A stretch of 64,000 bases of DNA from a virus, in the IMG/VR virus record IMGVR_UViG_3300017917_004998, positions 32,001-96,000 of that record; one strand, written 5' to 3'. A model generated the notes under the pieces. It was not told where the DNA came from, searched no databases, and was given only the letters and a program-made list of their open reading frames with translations. The position numbers and the translations under genes are program-made. Shown piece by piece: positions 7,902-16,658 of the stretch (positions are counted from its first letter, which is position 1; each line of letters opens with the position of its first letter).

Positions 7902-8357
7902 ATGAAGCACCTCAAACTCTACGAAGATTATTCAGATGATGAGATCAAAGATCTCATGGGTGATCTCCATAGTGTTGGTTACAGCCCACTGGTGTTTAAA
8001 CTCTACTTTCCAGAAGATTCGTCCGGACAGGGACATCAGAAGAAGGAAGAGGAATATGCAGAAAATTGGAAGTCTGAGATAGATCCCAAGAGACACATTG
8101 TAAAAGTGGAGGGAGCACTAGCAGATGAAACAGATCACGACTGGGTGGATGTGACTCTAAACAATGGTGACTTCATCGAGTACTCCTACCAGTTTGATAG
8201 AAGATGGGGAGACTCCGAATCCAAGTTTAAAATTAACGGAAAAGAATATCCAGAATATGCTGGAGAAATTCATGACGGGATCGTGGACTCCGGAAAAGGC
8301 TATCTAGAACAGATGCTGGCCTGCTACGACAAAGAGATCGGAAAGTTCTACCATTAA
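7902..8357 (+). CDS. putative internal head protein
   Basis: MKHLKLYEDY then DLMGDLHSVGY; acidic. Confidence 0.65.
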   Translation: MKHLKLYEDYSDDEIKDLMGDLHSVGYSPLVFKLYFPEDSSGQGHQKKEEEYAENWKSEIDPKRHIVKVEGALADETDHDWVDVTLNNGDFIEYSYQFDRRWGDSESKFKINGKEYPEYAGEIHDGIVDSGKGYLEQMLACYDKEIGKFYH

Positions 8358-8465
8358 GACAGTATATTCTAGCATATCAATAGGGTGTAAATCAGAAGCC
8401 TTTGTACAAGCTCTATCTAAAAATGTCCGACTACTACAATAAACTGAGAAAGTAATATATAGATT

Positions 8466-9221
8466 ATGAAAATAGCTACTACATTTGAGGATTTCCTGAA
8501 CGAACAGGAGACTGAGATACACAAGATGCTTATTCAATTCCTACACGAAGGTGTTAGAATGGAAAGGGTTTCTTCGAGTATAAACGAAGGCACTGTGTCT
8601 AAGGCTGATTATGAATTGAATAGACTAATTAAGAGAGAAGAGGAAAAGGGTGGGACTCCGATAATCAAAGAATTTTTGCCTGAGGTGAAAGCATTGGTGA
8701 AGAAATTTGCAGACTCTGGACAGAGCGGGGGATCTGCTCCCTTCACAACCTCTGTGATCTTGAATGTGATTGAAAAACTTCTGAAGCAAGAACCATTGGG
8801 TGGAGTTGAGAATACAGAAGATGAATGGTATAGCTTATCCACATTTGGTGACAAAGAAAGTTATCAAAACAATAGACTTAGTTCTGTCTTTAAAGAAGGG
8901 AAGAAAGGAAGACCTTATTATCTAAACGCAATCGTATTTAGAAGTCCGGGTAAAAATTATACATTCACCTCAGGATCTGTTGATCTACAAGATTTGGCTG
9001 GAGATGGGGGTGGTGGCAAAATAGGTTCATCACAGTACATCAAATCATTCCCATTTGAGCCCAAAACATTTGTCATCGACGTTGACGAGAAAGAATATAG
9101 AAAGCTAAAAGACGGAACTCTGGTTGAAGAGGATGGTGGAGGCTGGTGGGAGTCTTGGGTAAAAGACCCAAAACAGCTTGACGAAGTCTGGGAATACTAC
9201 GACAGAAAAAAGACCAAGTAA
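8466..9221 (+). CDS. putative internal head protein
   Basis: AATATATA upstream; MKIATTFEDFLNE N-terminus. Confidence 0.65.
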   Translation: MKIATTFEDFLNEQETEIHKMLIQFLHEGVRMERVSSSINEGTVSKADYELNRLIKREEEKGGTPIIKEFLPEVKALVKKFADSGQSGGSAPFTTSVILNVIEKLLKQEPLGGVENTEDEWYSLSTFGDKESYQNNRLSSVFKEGKKGRPYYLNAIVFRSPGKNYTFTSGSVDLQDLAGDGGGGKIGSSQYIKSFPFEPKTFVIDVDEKEYRKLKDGTLVEEDGGGWWESWVKDPKQLDEVWEYYDRKKTK

Positions 9222-9294
9222 AAGCGTCTTGCTTTTTATTTTTTTAGATTTCATTTTTATTAAACAGTTCATATCCTTACATTTGTGATGGAAT

Positions 9295-9726
9295 ATGAGT
9301 GTACAACCAGACCATGGACAAGAAGATCTCGATAGTCTTTTATCTGATTTAAAATCTATTGGGATGCCAATTCGTGAAAAAATGGAATTTGGCGTGGTGA
9401 AGTTTTCTGTATATAAAAAAATAATTTCGGGGATAGCCTTTGAATTTGAAGCGGTAGATAACATCGAATCAATTCTGGATGCAGTAAACACTAAAGAATT
9501 CATAGATGCAGTCTGTCCGGTTATTCACGGAGGAATTGACTTTAGCAAGAATAGAAAATGGGACCGTTTGGATCAGCTTTTCGATGCTGTTGTCACGGGT
9601 CAAAATGCATATTATATTTTGGTGTACTTAAAAAGCGAATCCAGAGTTATTCATTCAAGAGAAGTTGGGATGGGATACATCAACTTAGGAGGCATTGAAA
9701 ATTTGGGTTTAATTGATTTAATATGA
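9295..9726 (+). CDS. hypothetical protein with DLxxIG motif
   Basis: TACATTTG at 9278-9285; LLSDLKSIGM. Confidence 0.7.
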   Translation: MSVQPDHGQEDLDSLLSDLKSIGMPIREKMEFGVVKFSVYKKIISGIAFEFEAVDNIESILDAVNTKEFIDAVCPVIHGGIDFSKNRKWDRLDQLFDAVVTGQNAYYILVYLKSESRVIHSREVGMGYINLGGIENLGLIDLI

Positions 9727-10139
9727 TAGATATGATGTCACATCAGTACTATCACATGAACACTCTCCAGGACGATTTGGTCAAATTGGGATTCCCTGAC
9801 ATGGATGCTGTTCCGATGATTTTCGAAATGACGTCAGTGTATGAAGATGGCTACACCGATGTTATTGTCAATTTCGAATTTTCTTCAGCGATCAAAGAGG
9901 ATAAGATTATAGAGGAGCTAAACAGTAACAACAGATTTAAGAATACTCTTTCCTCTATTGCTCCATCTGGATATGATTGGCCTTTTGTTAACGATTTCCA
10001 AGACATAGAAAAACTTTTTTGGAAAATTAAGACCTATATCCTAGAACAGAAATACTCATCTCTCCCCATTGTTGAGATAGAGATAAGAACCAAGGAAGGA
10101 CACGTATTTGCAAAGTCTTCCTTTCCCAGGAAATCATAA
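9723..10139 (+). CDS. hypothetical protein with DLxxLGF motif
   Basis: Overlaps previous stop; LQDDLVKLGF. Confidence 0.7.
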   Translation: MIDMMSHQYYHMNTLQDDLVKLGFPDMDAVPMIFEMTSVYEDGYTDVIVNFEFSSAIKEDKIIEELNSNNRFKNTLSSIAPSGYDWPFVNDFQDIEKLFWKIKTYILEQKYSSLPIVEIEIRTKEGHVFAKSSFPRKS

Positions 10140-10205
10140 TCGAAATTTATCTGATCTGACAGATATAAATAGCCCACGGTGATCAAATAACCCGGAGTTA
10201 AAAAA

Positions 10206-10454
10206 ATGGTAGGACAAGAAGAATTGGAAGTTTTATTAAACAAAATGTTTGAGATTTCGGGATATGAAGTCAAATACAGCGATATAGTCACAAGAAAGGA
10301 CAACTGGTTCAACGACTTCCTGATGACAAGAAAGCAGGAGGAGGAGTGGATGAAGTGGGGAAAAAGGTATTTGAAGAAAAAGGTCCACAATCCTGAGATA
10401 ACGATGATTCTTATTAATGCCACCTGGGGGATTAAAGTTCTTGAAAGGGACTAA
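10206..10454 (+). CDS. hypothetical protein, paralog of 4888-5208
   Basis: Shared KMFEI.G and RKD.W motifs. Confidence 0.75.
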   Translation: MVGQEELEVLLNKMFEISGYEVKYSDIVTRKDNWFNDFLMTRKQEEEWMKWGKRYLKKKVHNPEITMILINATWGIKVLERD

Positions 10455-10495
10455 GACATTTTTTTGCGACGTAATTACGCAATAAATTTGTGTCA

Positions 10496-10669
10496 ATGAG
10501 TCAAGAAGAAAAAATCCAGCAAGCTAAAGACGAATATGGCCACGATGTGGTTGGGACTGTATTACAAATGGTTGCCATGGCAGATCCTGACGGAGCTTAT
10601 TCGGCATTTCAAGACAACGAGATGTTCGACCACGCAGAGGTTGTCTCGATGATCTATATCGAGGATTAA
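10496..10669 (+). CDS. 57-aa acidic hypothetical protein
   Basis: MSQEEKIQQAKDEYG...IYIED; behind TAAATTTG at 10483-10490; not in ORF track. Confidence 0.65.
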   Translation: MSQEEKIQQAKDEYGHDVVGTVLQMVAMADPDGAYSAFQDNEMFDHAEVVSMIYIED

Positions 10670-10696
10670 GCTCAATCTTAATTAATTTCTAATCTG

Positions 10697-10722
10697 GCAG
10701 TCCACACAAGGCTGCCTTTTTC
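10697..10722 (+). terminator. intrinsic terminator
   Basis: GGCAGTC-CACACAA-GGCTGCC followed by T run. Confidence 0.65.
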
Positions 10723-10752
10723 TTTGATATATAGACAAAACCAAAACAGTCT

Positions 10753-11463
10753 ATGAAAAGGATCAAACCATTCGTTTTATTTCTAAGAGAACAGAATGAC
10801 ACCGGATACGATGAATATTCATTCGAAGAACTTTCAGATGAAGCGAAAGAGAAAGCTTTAGATGCTATGAGAGATATTAACACAGATCGATCTGGATGGG
10901 ACGAGCCAATTACTACGGACTTCGAGAACGAGATGGGAGAATTTGGATTGGACAACGTTAAGATTAGCTATAGCGGATTTTATTCTCAAGGAGACGGAGC
11001 CTCTTTCACAGGTAACGTCATCGACGCTAAAACTTTCATGGCTAAAGCACTAGATATGAAGGATACAGAATGGATCGATATGAGCAACGACGAAAATCCA
11101 GAAGACGAGGGAAGCAGACTGAGAGCAGATCTCCTTGATATTGGTTTTGATACCAGAGAGAAGTTAACTCCAGATAATTTCTATATTGAGATAGTAAGAA
11201 CTTCCAATAGACATTCTCACGAGAATACGATAGAGGGCAAAGTTTCCATAGAAGATATTCCAGAATCTATAGAAGACGAAATACCGTCACAAGCTATTGA
11301 GAATGAAATACAAGGAAAAGTAACTAATTGGGCTAGAGCCAAATCAAAAGAGCTTTATCGAAATTTAGAAAGATACTATGATGATTTGACATCGGATGAG
11401 GAGGTAAAGGGAACTATAATAGCAAACGAATACAAGTTTGACGAGGACGGCACTCTTATTTAA
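10753..11463 (+). CDS. putative internal head protein, acidic
   Basis: GATATATA at 10726-10733; MKRIKPFVLFLRE; internal LRADLLDIGF. Confidence 0.7.
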   Translation: MKRIKPFVLFLREQNDTGYDEYSFEELSDEAKEKALDAMRDINTDRSGWDEPITTDFENEMGEFGLDNVKISYSGFYSQGDGASFTGNVIDAKTFMAKALDMKDTEWIDMSNDENPEDEGSRLRADLLDIGFDTREKLTPDNFYIEIVRTSNRHSHENTIEGKVSIEDIPESIEDEIPSQAIENEIQGKVTNWARAKSKELYRNLERYYDDLTSDEEVKGTIIANEYKFDEDGTLI

Positions 11464-11529
11464 TCGGAACAAAAATTAGTTATCGTATCTATAACTAAAA
11501 TTAATACCATAAGGTCTTTAATACAAAAA

Positions 11530-11733
11530 ATGAATTCCGCTACATTTATCCCAAGAGGATTGGACCAATTAATCGAAGACTTTAAAGAATCCTCAGGCAA
11601 TTTTTTAAATTTTTACAACGCCATGGATTCTAGAGAAAAATTACTTTTCCAAGGCTGGATTTATAAATTAAGAATCGAAGCAAATTCACCAATTGCAAAC
11701 GGCGACGAAGCATCTTCTTCTAGACTATTCTAA
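11530..11733 (+). CDS. hypothetical protein
   Basis: 67-aa ORF with A-rich leader. Confidence 0.55.
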   Translation: MNSATFIPRGLDQLIEDFKESSGNFLNFYNAMDSREKLLFQGWIYKLRIEANSPIANGDEASSSRLF

Positions 11734-11831
11734 ATTACCAAAATCATATGCACTCTTTAATTTCTATTAGCTTAGATAATAAAACCGGCATTAGCTTTGT
11801 CTATAAAGAACTACTTTCAAATTGTTAATCC

Positions 11832-12068
11832 ATGATAGTTAAATTCCTGTGCACAACAGACGACAAGAAGAATTATTACTCTATCAAGTCGAAAATCAAT
11901 TTCAACAGAGCAACCATAATCAGAGAAAAAGTAAGGGATTTAAAAAATGACTTTTTCACAGAGATAGAGGTTGTCTCGCACGGAAGGACACTTTACAGGG
12001 ATCTCAAGCAATCTGGTCTTTGTAAAAATTTGATCCTAAGATCGAGGTTGGACGATAGTATGGAATAA
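11832..12068 (+). CDS. hypothetical protein
   Basis: 78-aa ORF in co-directional run. Confidence 0.55.
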   Translation: MIVKFLCTTDDKKNYYSIKSKINFNRATIIREKVRDLKNDFFTEIEVVSHGRTLYRDLKQSGLCKNLILRSRLDDSME

Positions 12069-12098
12069 TTTTTTTATTTTTGTCACTATTACAAAAAG

Positions 12099-12383
12099 AT
12101 GAACAGGAGCTCACATAGTCACAGGTACCAAAATGCTGAATCAACTAGCAAAGAGGATTTTGCTAATTACTGTAATGAAGCCTATAACACACTTATCTAT
12201 TTCAAAGGGAAGAAAACCAAAATCAGGCTTAACGAAATAAAGGATTCAAACCTAGCAATCAGGAGAATGCTAGGACTATTTATAGACCGCGAGGAATTTG
12301 AAAAGTGCACAGAATTAAAGGAGTTGCTCGATCTCAATTTCGAAGGAAATAATGAACCAATATTCGACTATAGAGAGTTATGA
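12099..12383 (+). CDS. hypothetical protein with UVR-like helical motif
   Basis: LGLFIDREEFEKCTELKELLD resembles the UvrB/UvrC motif. Confidence 0.55.
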   Translation: MNRSSHSHRYQNAESTSKEDFANYCNEAYNTLIYFKGKKTKIRLNEIKDSNLAIRRMLGLFIDREEFEKCTELKELLDLNFEGNNEPIFDYREL

Positions 12384-12640
12384 CAAAGAAAATTGCTACC
12401 GGTCAAAAACGATCTGGCGAGAATAAAAATTTGCCGTGCAATGAGTGTTCTGCGATCGTTTACAACGTTGATTCAAATACAGAGACAGTAATTTGCTGGA
12501 GATGTGTAAACAAATCAATCAATCCAAATTCACTTATTGCGAGCGATTTAGATTTTGATGCATGGAAAGATTTAGTCAAAAGAAAAATATTTATATCAAA
12601 TGGAAGATCAGAGAACACAAAAGCTGAAGGAGAATTATAA
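12380..12640 (+). CDS. small zinc-ribbon protein
   Basis: CNEC...CWRC. Confidence 0.6.
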   Translation: MTKKIATGQKRSGENKNLPCNECSAIVYNVDSNTETVICWRCVNKSINPNSLIASDLDFDAWKDLVKRKIFISNGRSENTKAEGEL

Positions 12641-12803
12641 TCAACTAGTGTTGAGAGTAGCAAGAAATGTTTATTTGAAACAACAGGAGTGTGTCAGAGA
12701 CCTTAACGAATCCAAAATCAGAGAGGAAGACAAAAATGCTATCAGACTACACATGATTAGAATGATTACCGCAGAGCAAGGACAAAACCCAAACCAGAAA
12801 TGA
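12600..12803 (+). CDS. hypothetical protein
   Basis: 67-aa helical ORF; stop overlaps next start. Confidence 0.55.
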   Translation: MEDQRTQKLKENYNQLVLRVARNVYLKQQECVRDLNESKIREEDKNAIRLHMIRMITAEQGQNPNQK

Positions 12804-13066
12804 TCAACATTGGCAATCGCATTAGGTCAATTTTTGAGAACGCTTCGAGAGGCAGAGAAAAGAGAAAAGCAGAGAGAAGCCTGAGAATCACCAGGATCAG
12901 AGAAAAGAAGAAGGAGATTGCCAGGGATATTGCTGCTGGCCACAATGTTGGTGATTTTTCATTAGATCCAACAGATGTCACTGCAATAATGAAAACCATC
13001 GAGACTGGTAAGGGAATCTGTATTGCTGATCTAAAAAAACTGTACGAAAGATACAGAGGATTTTAA
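12800..13066 (+). CDS. basic hypothetical protein
   Basis: 88-aa Arg/Lys-rich ORF. Confidence 0.6.
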   Translation: MINIGNRIRSIFENASRGREKRKAERSLRITRIREKKKEIARDIAAGHNVGDFSLDPTDVTAIMKTIETGKGICIADLKKLYERYRGF

Positions 13067-13132
13067 TCCTAAAATCTGTAATCGTTTTTTTATTGCGTTT
13101 GGTGTTCTTAAATTTGAGTAAATAAAAGGAAC

Positions 13133-13369
13133 ATGAAGGAAATAAAAGTTGCAGACGAGTACAGAACTAACCCATTAAGTATTCAACCTGGCGGAGACGA
13201 AATCAAGGTTTATTTGGCTGATGGTATGGTTTACACCTACGATAAGATCAAGAGTCCAGCAAAATATATTAACAAGCTGGAGTTTAAGGACAACATTGTA
13301 AGAATCGACATTAACGGCAAACAGGCCTGGGCAAGTATTGATCCTGGTGCTAAATATTGGGAAATCTAA
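13133..13369 (+). CDS. hypothetical protein
   Basis: Behind TAAATTTG at 13109-13116. Confidence 0.7.
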   Translation: MKEIKVADEYRTNPLSIQPGGDEIKVYLADGMVYTYDKIKSPAKYINKLEFKDNIVRIDINGKQAWASIDPGAKYWEI

Positions 13370-13433
13370 AAAATATTAGTTTTCGTTTTTTATCCACAAC
13401 ATTTAGGTATAAATTTACAGTATAGATATAAGC

Positions 13434-13643
13434 ATGTTACAGAAATTATTAAATAAAGTAGGATTTACAGGAGCAATTGCTATCGTGGTATTTCTCGTAT
13501 TAGGATTACTAGTTGTTAGCCCATTGGTATTACTATGGGGATTAAATTCACTCGGCTTTGCCGTACCTTACACAACGAAAACTTTTCTGGGTGCTATAGC
13601 AGTCATTCTAGTTTTAAGATCATCTGGAACTTCACAAAAATAA
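13434..13643 (+). CDS. small membrane protein
   Basis: Two hydrophobic segments; promoter TAAATTTA at 13410-13417. Confidence 0.7.
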   Translation: MLQKLLNKVGFTGAIAIVVFLVLGLLVVSPLVLLWGLNSLGFAVPYTTKTFLGAIAVILVLRSSGTSQK

Positions 13644-13646
13644 ATC

Positions 13647-14111
13647 ATGAGTGGTAAAACAGTAATTTTCGACTTGGACGGAACTTTGGCTGATATCAAA
13701 GAACGTCGAACACTTGCAACCAAAGAAGGTGGTAAAATCGATTGGCCCAAATTTTTTGATCCAAACAACATTTCTCTGGACAAACCAAATACTCCAGTGA
13801 TTGAATCCTTCAAGGCTTTACAGAAAGCTGGTCACCGGATGGTAATCTTTTCAGGACGTAGCGATGCTACAAGGGAGGAAACTGAAAAATGGCTTGCAGC
13901 CAACGGGATTTCCTACGATAAGCTGTTAATGAGACCAGGAACAGGAGAAGGTATGTTTACACCGGACGATCAGCTTAAAGAGGATTGGTTAAACAAGGAA
14001 TTCACAGACAAGAGCCAAATCCTTTGTGTTTATGATGACCGCGATAAGGTAGTAAGCATGTGGAGAAGAAATGGAATAGCTTGTTTTCAAGTAGCACCAG
14101 GTGATTTTTAA
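13647..14111 (+). CDS. HAD phosphatase, T4 polynucleotide kinase-phosphatase (PseT) phosphatase-domain type
   Basis: VIFDLDGTLAD, FSGR, LLMRP, YDDR..VV.MWR..GI.CFQV. Confidence 0.85.
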   Translation: MSGKTVIFDLDGTLADIKERRTLATKEGGKIDWPKFFDPNNISLDKPNTPVIESFKALQKAGHRMVIFSGRSDATREETEKWLAANGISYDKLLMRPGTGEGMFTPDDQLKEDWLNKEFTDKSQILCVYDDRDKVVSMWRRNGIACFQVAPGDF

Positions 14112-14136
14112 TCCCCTTTTTTTGATATATAGTTTT

Positions 14137-14625
14137 ATGAAGCACATTAAATTATTCGAATCCGACCCCGACGATATTTTAGGGGATTTGGAAAAAATCG
14201 GGTTTGAACCTTTTATTGGGTTTATTTGGTGCGCAGGAACAAGTACTAAACAATTGGGTTTTTTAGTTGTCGGCAAAGACGAAGAGGATTGTGTGAACCA
14301 AGTTAAATCACATTTAACTTATTATCTTAACACAATGGGACCTGGCTTTTTTTCTTCAGGTGGTATTGGTGGTACCACGAGGAAGTCGGCGAATACTATG
14401 GAGGAATATCTGACACAGCTTTATGAAGTTGGAAAAATCCGTGACGCCGGACATTACAGATTCAAAGCAAGAAAAAACGAGGCCTTGGTTAAAATATTTT
14501 GGGATGACTACATGATGAACCCGAAGTATGTTTACGACCAAGCCCAAGAATATTTCACGGATGCAGACATTGAGTTCGATAAGGAATATCCACAGGAAGA
14601 AATTTATCTCAAGAAATATAAATAA
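14137..14625 (+). CDS. putative internal head protein
   Basis: GATATATA at 14124-14131; MKHIKLFES then ILGDLEKIGF. Confidence 0.7.
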   Translation: MKHIKLFESDPDDILGDLEKIGFEPFIGFIWCAGTSTKQLGFLVVGKDEEDCVNQVKSHLTYYLNTMGPGFFSSGGIGGTTRKSANTMEEYLTQLYEVGKIRDAGHYRFKARKNEALVKIFWDDYMMNPKYVYDQAQEYFTDADIEFDKEYPQEEIYLKKYK

Positions 14626-14778
14626 GGTGTGGATGATCTACTTATTCCAGGGTTAGTTACCTGGAAGTATCTTGGCGAATCGATGCCTGTCATTTTATCA
14701 GTAATCTTAGAAATAAATCGATAGCGGGTTTCGGTCTGGCCCTACTATTATCGATCACGTCTCTTGATATATAATTGT

Positions 14779-15264
14779 ATGTTTGAGTTTATTTCTAAAA
14801 TATTGGTTACACTTACCCCAGCTCAAAGATTGTGGGCGTTAACGATAGTGTTGACATCCATTGTTATAATTACACTGGGCCCAGGCTGGATAAACAGAAA
14901 CGATTGTTCTGATTTGTACCCGATAGTAAAAACACAAAAACAAGAAATAGCTTCTTTGAATCGAGAAATTCTGGATGTTCAGAAGGAATGCACATCAAGT
15001 AGAACTAAAAGGGAGTCCGAGATAAGAGAGCTAGTTAACCAATTAGAGATCGAGATCTCTAAGCTTGGTGCCGGGCAAAGACAAATCAAAAAAATGGATT
15101 ACTTGACAATAGACACAGTTTTAGTAGATGGTGAGCCTTCGCCAAAAATTGCATCTAAAAAAATAGTAACCACTGTACCAATGGATCTTTCTAAGGTTAA
15201 ACATTCCATCAAATGTCTGAAAGAAAAAATAGGTAAGGATTCACACACGGCGGGTGAAGATTAA
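14779..15264 (+). CDS. membrane-anchored coiled-coil protein (spanin-like topology, unproven)
   Basis: GATATATA at 14766-14773; N-terminal TM helix then coiled coil. Confidence 0.5.
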   Translation: MFEFISKILVTLTPAQRLWALTIVLTSIVIITLGPGWINRNDCSDLYPIVKTQKQEIASLNREILDVQKECTSSRTKRESEIRELVNQLEIEISKLGAGQRQIKKMDYLTIDTVLVDGEPSPKIASKKIVTTVPMDLSKVKHSIKCLKEKIGKDSHTAGED

Positions 15265-15406
15265 TTTCTTGATAGAATAAAAAGAAAATAAAAATCCCAA
15301 CAAAAAAAACCACCAGGTTCTGTCTATAAATTTGATAATTTTACTGTGAATCGATGTTAAGGTTTTCAATGGTTTAATTAGTGATTTTGTTGATATATAA
15401 CTCACC

Positions 15407-15973
15407 ATGAAAAGAATAAAGCTTTTCGAAGAACATTCGGAAAAAGAAACACCAAGGTTTAACCATAAAGAAATTACAGAGGTAATAAATTCTGCTGACC
15501 TTGACAAATTCTTTTCAATTGATGCAGAAAAGGTTAAACTACAAGCCTGGGCAGACACATTAAAAAGCGGTTATGTCCCTTCTGATCCAGGATACATAAA
15601 AACACAATTTGTCTGCTATATTATCGATAGCGGGATCAAATGTGATTTTAAAGGATTTAAGGAAAAAATAAAAGAGTCTTTTCTCAAATCCAAAAAAGGA
15701 AGTCAGAAAGATCTGGATCTTTTGAATGACCTAGGAGAACTTGGTTTTACTAAAAAGTATTATTCACTCCAAACTATCTTAAACTCTATAGATAACGAAA
15801 AAGATTTGTCAGATATGGTTTCTACAACGGACAAGGATTATATTTTGGATACTATGATAGACGATCCAAAAAGTAATCCAGTGGAGGTTTGGACGAAATT
15901 TAAAGAATATGTAGGTGAAATAAAATTCGAAAAAGAAGATTTAATCAAATACATCACTCGTAAAATTTCTTAA
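15407..15973 (+). CDS. putative internal head protein
   Basis: GATATATA at 15392-15399; MKRIKLFEE; LLNDLGELGF. Confidence 0.7.
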   Translation: MKRIKLFEEHSEKETPRFNHKEITEVINSADLDKFFSIDAEKVKLQAWADTLKSGYVPSDPGYIKTQFVCYIIDSGIKCDFKGFKEKIKESFLKSKKGSQKDLDLLNDLGELGFTKKYYSLQTILNSIDNEKDLSDMVSTTDKDYILDTMIDDPKSNPVEVWTKFKEYVGEIKFEKEDLIKYITRKIS

Positions 15974-16053
15974 AAAAATCAGTAAAATTTCGTATTTTCT
16001 TTTTTTATCCTCGGGGATATACCTTACTTTTAAGATGTAAAACAAACACATCT

Positions 16054-16617
16054 ATGAAAAAGACCGTCATCACCCAAATTTTCGCTTTCGTTTGCTTGGC
16101 AGCTTTCGGTCAGGGTAACCAACAAATCGTTCAAACCAAAAAAGAAGGATTTAAAGCTTACGAGGTGGAAGTAGCAGATTACGAAAGTCTTATCAACAAG
16201 ACTCGTTTGGAAGCAGGAGCAGGCAAATTGGTTAGAAAGTCAGAATTAGATTCTTATTGCTACGAACGATGCATCAGGTTAATGAACATCTTTTTGTCAG
16301 ACCCAGAAGCTTACGTTTTGGATTATCACAAAAACACCATCTTCCACAAAGAAGCTCATGCCGGATACAAATTGATGGAAAATGCTACCGAATGGTTAAA
16401 TTGGAAGGTTTCAAATCTTGGCGTAGAAATTAACGATGGATACAACGAATCACCAGGACACTACAAAAATAGGGTAAACCCAGAATGGAAAGCATATGGT
16501 ACTTGCTCTATCGTAATTAATTTTAATGCAATTAACGAGGACTACGATCCTTCAGTTCCAACCTCAAGGAAGTACTTGCCTAAACAACTTTTGTTTAGCT
16601 ACGAGGCTTTCAAATAA
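16054..16617 (+). CDS. secreted CAP/SCP-like domain protein
   Basis: Signal peptide; YNESPGHYKNRVNPEW resembles the CAP W.NSPGH..N..NP motif. Confidence 0.6.
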   Translation: MKKTVITQIFAFVCLAAFGQGNQQIVQTKKEGFKAYEVEVADYESLINKTRLEAGAGKLVRKSELDSYCYERCIRLMNIFLSDPEAYVLDYHKNTIFHKEAHAGYKLMENATEWLNWKVSNLGVEINDGYNESPGHYKNRVNPEWKAYGTCSIVINFNAINEDYDPSVPTSRKYLPKQLLFSYEAFK

Positions 16618-16649
16618 AAAAAGCCAGATCTTTTGGATCTGGCTTTTTT
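16616..16649. terminator. bidirectional terminator
   Basis: A run-GCCAGATC-TTTTG-GATCTGGC-T run between convergent genes. Confidence 0.85.
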
Positions 16650-16658
16650 GTGATTATT

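Noticed and set aside
1032-9221. Prophage, IS or integron explaining the GC-rich island
   Set aside because: No integrase, transposase, terminal repeats or attC consensus; genes use the same promoters and peptide tags as the rest of the window.
14628-14760. Possible small ORF or structured RNA (CCAGG/CCTGG hairpin)
   Set aside because: Only a 31-codon GTG ORF and a 5-bp stem; no supporting repeat or motif.
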